Below, in pieces: positions 8,910 to 17,900 of a stretch of DNA of 27,854 bases. Positions within the stretch are counted from its first letter, which is position 1. Every line of letters starts with the position of its first letter. The position numbers were made by a program, and so were the translations under genes. The stretch is from Oligoflexales bacterium (GTDB taxonomy: Bacteria > Bdellovibrionota_B > Oligoflexia > Oligoflexales > Bog-1112): positions 1 through 27,854 of the forward strand of contig JBGCDR010000302.1 in NCBI GenBank assembly GCA_045105515.1, in the 5' to 3' direction. A model generated the notes under the pieces. The model searched no databases, was not told the origin of the DNA, and was given only the letters and a program-made list of their open reading frames with translations.

Positions 8910-9785
8910 ATGAATCCTAGACTGATTCGATCAACTCAACTTTTTATTATATTACACTTAAAGCTGAGGCCTATCTTCTTTTGCCTTTTTTTTCTAATGT
9001 CTATCTCTTGCCTTACCTTGAATACTCAATCGCCCTCTAATAGCAAAGGTGATATTGAAGGTTTACTCAGAACAAAAATGAGCCTAATCAATCGTTATCT
9101 CGATAAAGGGCAAGCTAATCTAGCATGGGATCACCTTAGAAGGCTGTATCAGGATCATCCAGAGAATCCTGATGTTCTCAATTTGGTAGGTCTAACTCAC
9201 TTAGCATTGAACAATGAGCAGAAAGCGGTACAGGTATTCGCGAAAGCATACAAATTGAGGCCAAAGACATCATATGGCCTGAATCTTAGTTCCGCTTTTA
9301 TCTCAATAGGCTCATATAAAAAGGCAAGAAGAATTATTCTAAGGTTGATAAAAACATCTAAAAAATACAAGTTTCGTGAAAGGTTATGGCATAACTTAGC
9401 TTTGACATACGAGAAAGAGAGACAGCTAAGGAAGGCGAATAAATACTACCATAAAGCCATTAAAATTAATCCAAACTTTTTACTATCCTTGCTGAATCTT
9501 GGTCGTCTTTATAAAATAGCCAGTAAAAATACAAGAGCAATGAGGTATTATAAAAAGGCTTCACAAGTTTGCCAACAATGTTTCGAGCCAGTCAATGAAT
9601 TGGCAACATTTTTTATGAATCAAGGACGATTTTCTCGAGCAATTTCTGTACTTAATCTTTACCTGAAGGCAAATAAAACTAATGCTGATAGTAAGCATTT
9701 CGCTAACGCAAAAAATTTAATTTCCTTAGCAAAGAATATTAGGGCTAGGAAAAGTAGAAACTTTGAACGAACAAGTAAGCGATAA
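8910..9785 (+). CDS. TPR-repeat lipoprotein, PilF/PilW/Tgl pilotin-like
   Basis: Hydrophobic stretch ending SISC (lipobox-like) and several TPR repeats (NLVGLTHL, HNLALTY, LNLGRLY). Lies next to a RodZ-like gene, as pilF usually does. Start uncertain. Confidence 0.75.
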   Translation: MNPRLIRSTQLFIILHLKLRPIFFCLFFLMSISCLTLNTQSPSNSKGDIEGLLRTKMSLINRYLDKGQANLAWDHLRRLYQDHPENPDVLNLVGLTHLALNNEQKAVQVFAKAYKLRPKTSYGLNLSSAFISIGSYKKARRIILRLIKTSKKYKFRERLWHNLALTYEKERQLRKANKYYHKAIKINPNFLLSLLNLGRLYKIASKNTRAMRYYKKASQVCQQCFEPVNELATFFMNQGRFSRAISVLNLYLKANKTNADSKHFANAKNLISLAKNIRARKSRNFERTSKR

Positions 9786-9805
9786 GCTTGCTTCAGGAAC
9801 TATCT

Positions 9806-11116
9806 ATGTTGCAAAAATTTAATCAAACGTATGCGGTCGGTATCAGGATAATAAGTGCCTGTTTAGTATTTTTAGTTAGCCTCCATCATACTTATGGGCA
9901 GTCCTTAGCAGAGAATAATCTTCCTAATATCGAGGAACGTTACCGCTCTTTAGAAACTTTTGCGCGGGCTGTTTACTTTCTTGAAACCATGTATGTAGAT
10001 CCTGATAAGGTGACCCCCGAACTTACAGTCTTTAATGCTCTAGGGGGGATCGTTTCTAACCTCGACCCTCACACTGTTCTTATGCCTAAAAAAGCATTTG
10101 AACAATTGACCATTGATACCAGAGGTAAGTTTGGTGGAGTAGGTATCATTGTTTCACAGGAAAGAGGGCGCTTGATCATAATCGCACCCATAGAAGATAC
10201 TCCTGCGATGAAAGCTGGTATAAAGTCTGGTGATGAAATTATAGCGATAAATGACAAAGTATTAAGCTCTATGAGTGGGAAAGATGCTGTTGACATGATG
10301 CGTGGCGTGCCTGGATCTGAGCTTAAGCTGACCATTAAGCGTAAAAATGTCGATGAATCCATTGACTTTGTTATGAAGCGTGAAATTATCAAAGTCCGCT
10401 CTGTCCGAGGTCAAAAACTTTCATCAGATATTGTATATGTTAGGATCACTTCCTTCCAAGAAAACACCAATGAAGAACTAATCAAGGTTTTGCAAAAATA
10501 TAGCAAGAAAATGAAGGGCTTGGTTTTAGATCTACGGGATAATCCGGGCGGGCTTCTAGATCAATCAATCAAGGTTGTTGACGCATTTATCGAAAGTGGC
10601 TTGGTTGTTTCAACTGTGGGGCGAGACCCTGACCGCATAGAGCGTGAGTTTGCCCATAAGAAAGGGACCTTCGGGGACTTCCCTATGGTAGTTTTAGTTA
10701 ATGAAGGTTCTGCAAGTGCCTCAGAAATTGTCGCAGGAGCACTTCAAGATCACCAAAGGGCTCTAATCTTAGGGACTAAGTCTTTTGGAAAGGGCTCCGT
10801 TCAAACTTTGGTTTCATTGCCAGACGGATCAGGTTTGAAATTAACTGTAGCTAGGTATTTTACTCCAAATGACCGTTCTATACAGGCTAAAGGCATTGAT
10901 CCAGACATTGTGGTTCTTCGGCAGTTAGCACAAACAAAGAAGAAAGCAAAGCGGGAGTCGGACTTAAGTGGTCATATCGAAAGCAATGATCTTTCGACGC
11001 TTTCCTCTGAAAGTGGGATATTAAATTCGATAAAAAACTGGCCATCGGTGATGCAAAAGGATCATCAGCTAGTTACGGCCTACACCTATGTAAAAGGTTG
11101 GTCTATTTTCAAATAG
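9806..11116 (+). CDS. ctpA: Carboxyl-terminal processing protease, S41A family with PDZ domain
   Basis: GKFGGVGI PDZ loop, LDLRDNPGGLL, SASASEIVAGALQD (catalytic Ser) and SFGKGSVQ (catalytic Lys). N-terminal signal peptide. Start is 9788 or 9806. Confidence 0.93.
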   Translation: MLQKFNQTYAVGIRIISACLVFLVSLHHTYGQSLAENNLPNIEERYRSLETFARAVYFLETMYVDPDKVTPELTVFNALGGIVSNLDPHTVLMPKKAFEQLTIDTRGKFGGVGIIVSQERGRLIIIAPIEDTPAMKAGIKSGDEIIAINDKVLSSMSGKDAVDMMRGVPGSELKLTIKRKNVDESIDFVMKREIIKVRSVRGQKLSSDIVYVRITSFQENTNEELIKVLQKYSKKMKGLVLDLRDNPGGLLDQSIKVVDAFIESGLVVSTVGRDPDRIEREFAHKKGTFGDFPMVVLVNEGSASASEIVAGALQDHQRALILGTKSFGKGSVQTLVSLPDGSGLKLTVARYFTPNDRSIQAKGIDPDIVVLRQLAQTKKKAKRESDLSGHIESNDLSTLSSESGILNSIKNWPSVMQKDHQLVTAYTYVKGWSIFK

Positions 11117-11128
11117 GCTTTGAACCTT

Positions 11129-11953
11129 CTATTTTTTAGGGATAATGTTATTCAGATGAATAATCTGCTTTTCTACTGCATTTTTGATTCTGGAAAGATG
11201 TGTCATACCTAAGTCACCAGCTGAAATAATACCTTCGGCTAATCCATTGCTTACAACAGGAAGGTAGCGACATTTCTTGCTTGTAATAATCTGTTCTGCA
11301 GCCTGTATACTAGCATTTGGACTTATTGTTTCTGGGTTTTTATTCATGTGCTGCTCAACATTATGTTCAAGACTTACTTTTTGAGCAGCTAGGCGTAAAA
11401 GATCGCGTTCTGTAAAGATTCCGATTAACTTTTTATTCTCACATATTAAGATTGAACCAACATTGTGTTTAAGCATTCTTTCACTTACCTCGTAAATCGA
11501 TTCCGATTGCATGCCAGTTACGAGATTTGTTCGCATTACATTTTCAACTCGATTGAGTTTTTCCGGAGACTTCGCTTGCTCAAATAGTGATGCAGTCAGG
11601 GCTAACTCTTGTGCTGCATTTTGGATATGGAGGTTTGTAAAGGGCTTAGGTACTGTTGCACTTACAGCCAAGGTAACTAGCTCTTGGGCAAAAACTGTAA
11701 TTTTTGCTGAAGTAATTCCAATTGGGAGGTACGGTTTGATGAGTCGGATTTGTTTGATGAATTCTACGCCATTCATGCGAGGCATATCTAAGTCGGTCAT
11801 GACAAAAGAGTAATCGTTATTTATTGCCATTTCCAATGCCTGTTTGCCGTCTTCAGCAAACTCTACCTCATAGTCAAGCTCCTCTAGGTAAAATCCAATA
11901 ATCTCTCGTAGTTCTGGTTCATCGTCAACACATAACACCTTATTATTATTCAT
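11129..11953 (-). CDS. Response regulator receiver domain fused to a CBS-domain pair
   Basis: VLCVDDE, MTDLDMPRMNG, ITSA and KPF receiver motifs. C-terminal HNVGSILI, LIGIFTERDLL, RYLPVV and GIISAGDL CBS motifs. SD GAGAGG. Confidence 0.9.
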   Translation of the reverse strand: MNNNKVLCVDDEPELREIIGFYLEELDYEVEFAEDGKQALEMAINNDYSFVMTDLDMPRMNGVEFIKQIRLIKPYLPIGITSAKITVFAQELVTLAVSATVPKPFTNLHIQNAAQELALTASLFEQAKSPEKLNRVENVMRTNLVTGMQSESIYEVSERMLKHNVGSILICENKKLIGIFTERDLLRLAAQKVSLEHNVEQHMNKNPETISPNASIQAAEQIITSKKCRYLPVVSNGLAEGIISAGDLGMTHLSRIKNAVEKQIIHLNNIIPKK

Positions 11954-12240
11954 TCTTACCTCTCGTCATTTCTGAGGGGACTGGTTGATAAATTATACCA
12001 CCCTTCTGAGAAAACACTTAAACCTTTAAGGACTAGAAAAAATAGATATAACTTTGTTGTTTTGTTTCAATATGATTTTTAGTGTATGTCATTAATCATT
12101 TGTGCCTCATCGGTTTAACTTTATGATGTTTATACAACTTATAACTTTTAATTCTTTAATATTAAATCTCCAATTCACCCTTTGGCTAAGCTTTTTAAGA
12201 GACAAATTCCGAAGTATTGAGTTTCATGCTGTTCCAAGTT

Positions 12241-12256
12241 ATAATATCGATATTAT
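12241..12256. promoter_or_regulatory. Perfect 16-bp palindrome, candidate operator
   Basis: ATAATATCGATATTAT, about 40 bp upstream of ATG 12296 in a divergent promoter region. AT-rich, so chance occurrence is possible. Confidence 0.35.
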
Positions 12257-12295
12257 TGCAATTATTTCAAATGTCTAACAGTTTAGGGTACCTCT

Positions 12296-12940
12296 ATGAA
12301 TGAAGGTGATCAAAATCTTGATGAAACCTTTCTGAATATACTTCTGGAGCTTCAGGCTCAGGCTATCAGAAATGCAGAGCAAAGTGTTCATAATGTATTA
12401 GAGGTGTCTTCAGAATTTATTTCTAATAGTGCTTACAAAGATCTCATGGAGTTTTACAAACTTTACTTTCATGGTGGAAAAGAGATCGAGGAAAAATCAA
12501 ATGAAATAAATAGGGGAGTTGATAAGATCATCGAACAAGCTCAGACATTGTCAGATGAAGGTGCCGATGCCTCAGAGATAGCTTCGAAGATTATAGAAGA
12601 TCAGAACAAAGCTCTTGAACGTACAAATTTAGCATTCATGCAAAAAAAGATGGAGTCCCTAATTTCATTGGAAGAAGGACTCAAAGATCGATTGACTCCC
12701 ATCCTTTCAGCAATGAAATTCGAAGATCATACAAAAAAGAGAACAGCAACTATTGGTCTTGGGTTTAGAATGATAATTAAGATTTTGGCAGACTCGTTCC
12801 ATGAAAGGCTGCCTTCAATTGTGGATGAAATGAAGTCAAAGCTTTCATTTAAAGAAGAGAGAGATCTCTTTTATAATGAAATTTTGGGAGAGGTTCCTCC
12901 AAAGGAATTCAAGGAAAACAGTATATGGGATAACCTATAA
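12296..12940 (+). CDS. Acidic helical hypothetical protein, degenerate CheZ-like paralog
   Basis: PILSAMKFEDHTKKR aligns with PIIMALQFQDRFRQN of the next gene. Shared EER motif near the C-terminus. Confidence 0.6.
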   Translation: MNEGDQNLDETFLNILLELQAQAIRNAEQSVHNVLEVSSEFISNSAYKDLMEFYKLYFHGGKEIEEKSNEINRGVDKIIEQAQTLSDEGADASEIASKIIEDQNKALERTNLAFMQKKMESLISLEEGLKDRLTPILSAMKFEDHTKKRTATIGLGFRMIIKILADSFHERLPSIVDEMKSKLSFKEERDLFYNEILGEVPPKEFKENSIWDNL

Positions 12941-12954
12941 ATCGAGGAAAACTA

Positions 12955-13494
12955 ATGCCAGTTGATCCAAATAGATTTATTTCTCAATTTATTGAGTTTT
13001 CGAAAAAGTCAATGGAGTGGTGTTCCAATGAATCCGAACAAGAAGTAACTCTAATCCACAAGGTTTTGACGAACATTATCTATGATGCGAAGCGTCGTTC
13101 GTTTTTACCTGAAGAAACTATAAAGGCTGTACAATCAATTGAGGAGCAGATCGGTACTGGAGAAGTTAGTAGCGAAGATGTGCGAATCTCTATTAAACAA
13201 TTGCTTGATCAGCTTCAAAAAGAGTATAAAGAATTTACGGATCCGATAATTATGGCTCTGCAGTTTCAGGATAGGTTTCGCCAGAATCTTGAAAATATCG
13301 GTAAAATGTTAGAGATTTGGCACAAAACGCGAGGTCAATCATTCGGAGCTCACTTCACGAGTAAAGAAGAATTAGTTATTTTTGGTGAGCAGTTAGCGGC
13401 TAGTGCAACTTCCCCCGAAGAAAGAGAAGTGGTAGGTAAGCATATAGAAGGAGTTAAGATCGAGAAAAGATCTACTGATGCGATAATGTTTTAA
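12955..13494 (+). CDS. CheZ-like helical protein (putative response-regulator phosphatase)
   Basis: ALQFQDRFRQ carries the FQD-x3-Q signature of CheZ-type and related chemotaxis proteins. SD GAGGA. Confidence 0.6.
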   Translation: MPVDPNRFISQFIEFSKKSMEWCSNESEQEVTLIHKVLTNIIYDAKRRSFLPEETIKAVQSIEEQIGTGEVSSEDVRISIKQLLDQLQKEYKEFTDPIIMALQFQDRFRQNLENIGKMLEIWHKTRGQSFGAHFTSKEELVIFGEQLAASATSPEEREVVGKHIEGVKIEKRSTDAIMF

Positions 13495-14801
13495 ATGATT
13501 TTATAGTTCCTTGGAATTGTCTTCACCTTCGCTTTAAATTTCTTTTCTATTCTACTCCAATGATTTATTAAGTCTTGATTGAACAGTAATTCCCCTGAGA
13601 TTAAACCACGAACAAAGTCGATATTCTTACGGCGAAAAACTGATGAATTATGGAAAGCGTAATTTGTTTCTGCTGGCCGTAATAGATGGTGTTCATGGAA
13701 TGGTCCATCGAAAAGAGCTTGCCAGAGGCTTCCGTGTCCTCTGCTCCACCAATTTGCAAAGCGGTTCTTGTATGCCGGTACGCTTACATCTTCCGAATAT
13801 TCAGCTTTCATCGCAGATTTGTATGCTAGGTATTCGAAAATAATTGCAAACATACCTGTTTTATGACGCCCACCTTTGCAATGAATCAATATGGGCCAAG
13901 GAGCATCAATTATGTTTTCGATTGATTGGAGAAAATCTTCGGTATCACCTGAAAGATGCCTATTTTCGGCAATACTCTCGGCTATTCGAAGCTTTTTTTG
14001 GATGTTTTCATCAGGTATAAATCTATTGACGGTTTCTTGAACATAGATATTTCCATGATGAGGGTCATTTTCCACAATTTTGCTGGGGTCGGTTCCATCC
14101 ATATAAACAGTCAAATGTTTGTCATAGTGATAAGAATGCAAAAAGGTAAGTCCTTGTTTTTTAGACTCCTCTAGTTCCTCTAAGTTATAATTACCACCAA
14201 CTCCACCGAAACCCATTACGTGAATACTAGCTATACTTTTTGGTCTAGGAACCCCGTTTTTTTTTAAGTTGCTCCAAATTTCTTTCATGCCTTTTTTGCC
14301 TAATAAGCTGGAGCGATATATCATTCTATCGAGTACTACGGCAAAGTTATACTTACGGATGCTATGTTTTAGATTTTTGGTCATATCCGAATAATAGAGT
14401 TTTAACTCCTTTTTATTTTTTATGATTACCTCATGCCCATGGCAGCGAGGGTTGTCAGCTTTGAAGGCTTTGATGTTGTCTAAGCTAATAAAATACAGGG
14501 TGTCGATAGTAATATATGCGGAAGCTTGCTGGTAACAAAGTTTGAGAAGGCTGCTCTCATGGTTTTCAAGTAAATATGCCTCTTTTGATTTGTGAATATT
14601 ACTGTCTAAAGTTACTTTGTTGGAGAATTTTTTTGGTATAATCCATTTGCCTCTAAAGATTTCCGATTTTTTCATAGGTATTGCGAAGGTTTTTTTTAAG
14701 TCTTCGATATTTATGGTGCATTCAAATCTGACTGGACTTGCTAATAGAAAATTCCACTTTGCGAGGAACCAAAAAAACAAGAATATGACAAAATGATTCA
14801 T
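13491..14801 (-). CDS. Secreted PTP/DSP-superfamily phosphatase-like protein (Siw14/PFA-DSP-like) with CX5K P-loop
   Basis: NFAVVLDRMIYRSS and PILIHCKGGRHKTG motifs. Signal-peptide-like N-terminus from ATG 14801 (SD AGGGA). Confidence 0.72.
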   Translation of the reverse strand: MNHFVIFLFFWFLAKWNFLLASPVRFECTINIEDLKKTFAIPMKKSEIFRGKWIIPKKFSNKVTLDSNIHKSKEAYLLENHESSLLKLCYQQASAYITIDTLYFISLDNIKAFKADNPRCHGHEVIIKNKKELKLYYSDMTKNLKHSIRKYNFAVVLDRMIYRSSLLGKKGMKEIWSNLKKNGVPRPKSIASIHVMGFGGVGGNYNLEELEESKKQGLTFLHSYHYDKHLTVYMDGTDPSKIVENDPHHGNIYVQETVNRFIPDENIQKKLRIAESIAENRHLSGDTEDFLQSIENIIDAPWPILIHCKGGRHKTGMFAIIFEYLAYKSAMKAEYSEDVSVPAYKNRFANWWSRGHGSLWQALFDGPFHEHHLLRPAETNYAFHNSSVFRRKNIDFVRGLISGELLFNQDLINHWSRIEKKFKAKVKTIPRNYKII

Positions 14802-14859
14802 GGATATCCCTAGCTTACTTCTAAGAAATAGCAGCAATTTTGGATATAACTGGCACAAG

Positions 14860-14890
14860 ATATTTTTGAAAGTACTATTTCAAAAAATAT
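14860..14890. repeat. AT-rich inverted repeat between smc and the phosphatase gene (terminator or operator)
   Basis: TTTTTGAAA(14863-14871)-gtacta-TTTCAAAAA(14878-14886), extendable by ATA/TAT with one bulge. Confidence 0.4.
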
Positions 14891-14959
14891 AGTCTAGTGA
14901 AATCTTCTTAAATATTATCCATATTTTTTTAAGTTTACATTGTGATGGATTTTAAAAAT

Positions 14960-17900
14960 TTAGTAAGTGGAAGCTCCCTGCCTTTTTTCCTCTTTAAAAG
15001 ATTTTTGTAGGTGAGAAGGTAAGGCTTTCGACATATCAACTCCTACCACTTTTGAAACTCCAGGTTCTTGCATGGTAACACCATAGAGAGTGTCTAACAC
15101 TTCCATAGTTCGACGCCTATGGGTAATCACGATAAACTGAAACTTATCTGCCAAAGCGTTTAGTACATTGTTGTATCGGCTTACATTTGTTTCGTCTAGT
15201 GGAGCATCTACTTCATCAAGAAAGCAGAACGGAGTAGGCTTAGATTTTAGTAGCGCAAAAATTAAAGCGATCGCTGTTAAAGCTTTTTCTCCCCCAGAGA
15301 ATAATCTCATGTTCTGTCTGTTTTTTCCTGGAAGCCTAACCATAATTTCAACTCCAGCTTCCAAAGGATTATCTGCATCGGTAAGGGTTATTTGTGCTTC
15401 TCCTCGAGGGAAGAGGATGGGAAATAGTTCGCTAAATTCTTTGTTAAGAGTTGTGAATGTATCCATGAATTTGCTTTGAGATTTTTCTTCTATTTCCTCG
15501 ATGGCTAGTTCAAGGAGGTTTACCGAGGAAACAACCTCATTTTTTTGTGCCGACATGAAGTCGTGACGATCAGTCAACTCTTTATATTCATCGATTGCCA
15601 TCATATTGATAAGACCCATAGATTCAATCTTACTTCTGAGAGAACCTACTTTGCGAGTTTCAGAACTGGCATCGAAACCTTCTATCTTTTCGAAATCATA
15701 TTCGCGTAAATCCACATGGTACTTTTCATTTGCCTGTGCAAGGGCTCCCTCTATTCCAAGGCTAACTCTTTCCAACTCCAAGCCTTTTTCTGAAACTGAT
15801 TTTTGTGCTTTTGAGCTTAAATCCCTAGCTTCCTTTAAACGATTTTCAATGACTTGTAATTCTTCAATGAGGCCGGCGTTGGTCTCTTTTTTGATGTTAA
15901 GCCGCTCTTCAAGTTCCTCCCGTCTATAGATATAATCCTCGATATCCTGGGTCAGTTCTTTTTGGCGTGAAAGCGACTCGTCGATTTTTGTTTTTAGAAT
16001 TACCCGTTCTTCTTCCTTTTTATTGAGTTTTTCGCTTAGTTGACTTACTTGAATTTGGTCTCTCTCGTAATGCTCTTTAAGGGTATGAGCCATACTCTTT
16101 ACGGAAGCATGATCGATTTTCTTTTGTTCAAGCTGTCTGCCAACCTCAGCTGTTTGGTCTTTTAGATTGTCTGCATCTAAATGAGCATCTTCAAGATTTA
16201 GTTTGGTTTGGTCAAATTCCTGGCTAAGAGCTAAATCACTACTATTTAGCTCTTCCAATTCTGATCCGTATTGGTCACAGGCTTCTTCAAGATTAGTATA
16301 CTCTTTTTTAGAGACATCAATCTGTTCTTTGAGGTGAAGTAGTTGAATTTCTTTAGTCTTTAATTCTGAGGTGAGTTCAAGTAAAATTTGGTTCTTTTCA
16401 AAAATTGCCTTGTCAAGACTTGCAAGCATGTCTGTTTCTTCGTTATTCTTATTTTCAAGTCCAGCAATTTTTTCCTCCCAAAGCCCAAGTTTATGTGCTA
16501 GCGAATCAACGTCTTGACGCAATTTTTCTATAGTTTCTTTTCGGGATAATGCGCCGTGTTCACTGCTTGCACCTATAACGATATCTCGTTTAGAGCTGAA
16601 TGCAATACCTGAAGAGGTAAATATGGTGATTCCATCAGGTATTTGAGAGTTTAGATTAGCTGGTATTTCTTCAGCGTCATAATAGTAAAGGGTATTTAGA
16701 CAGCTGTCTATATTGGCCATGCTTTCATCAACAATTAAGTGCTGGGAAAGAGGTGTTAATCCAAATGCCTTAGCAAAATCTGTCAAGGAGTTGTGCTCAG
16801 TTTCAGCATTTAATATGTATGCCCCTATCCCTCCAGCCTTTTTTTCAGCTAAAACTTGAGATATATCCGCAAGTTGTTGCTCATCTTGGACAATGAGTTT
16901 TTCAGCCCACTTTTCAAAACTTGATTTTACGGGAAGTGGTAAGGTGGCGAAAGTAGGAGAAAATCCTATATAGTCCGTTAGCAGGGTGAATAATTCTTCA
17001 AGTTGGTTTTCTGAACGTATTTTTTTAATTATCCCAAGAATATCCTCGGAATTTTTATCAATTTCTTTTAAACTGTTTAATCGAGCTTTTGCTTCAAGAA
17101 ACTTAATTTTAAGCTTCTCATGTTTTTCTTTTTCAAATTTGAGCTTTTCACCGCGTTGTTTAATACTTAGTTCTAATTTATTTTTATCATCAGCTTCTTT
17201 CTCTAAACCTTTGCGGTGATGTCCTCGTTTTATGCTCATTCCATCGACCAGAATTTGTGCGTGAGAGTACTCTTCTTCGAGGTTGAGAAGCTTTTCCGTG
17301 TGTTCATGCATGATTTTACTCGAACGGCTGAAGTCCTTCTCAATAGTTTCTCTTCTTATTTTGTTATTTTCTAGAAATCGCTCTAAATTTCTTAGCTCTT
17401 CACTAAGTTCATTGATTTTGTTGTTGTAGACCAAAGATTCTTCTTGGCTCAGCTCAAAACTTTCATTTAAAGACTCCAAGCTTATGTCAATATCTTCAAG
17501 TTCTTTTTCTGCACCCTCTAACCTTTCACTAACTGCTTGCAACTCTTGCTCGGAACGTAACACATTTTTTTGTTCTTCAAGAAGGTTGGAATCGAAGGCA
17601 GTTAGCTGGTTATCTCCATTTTCTAGTAATTGGTCTACGCTAAGCAGGGAAGCTTCACTACTTGCGATCTTTTCTCTGAGCACAGTGATTTCTTCGGATA
17701 AGGCATTTAATTCTGGGTCTGAATCGCTTAGTATTTGCTTCAATTCATCGTACTTTTCCTCAAAAACAGAAATCTGCTCGACACATGCTACTTCTTTTAG
17801 AGTATTTTCTTCTATTTCTGTTCTTATTTCTTGTTCTTTGTGCTTAAAATGCAGATGATTGTGAGCGAATAGGCTTAGCTCTTTTTGTCTAAGATCTTGT

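Noticed and set aside
12187..12215. Sigma28-like promoter TAAG...TCCGAAGT upstream of the CheZ-like pair
   Set aside because: The spacer is 17 nt instead of about 15 and the -10 match is weak.
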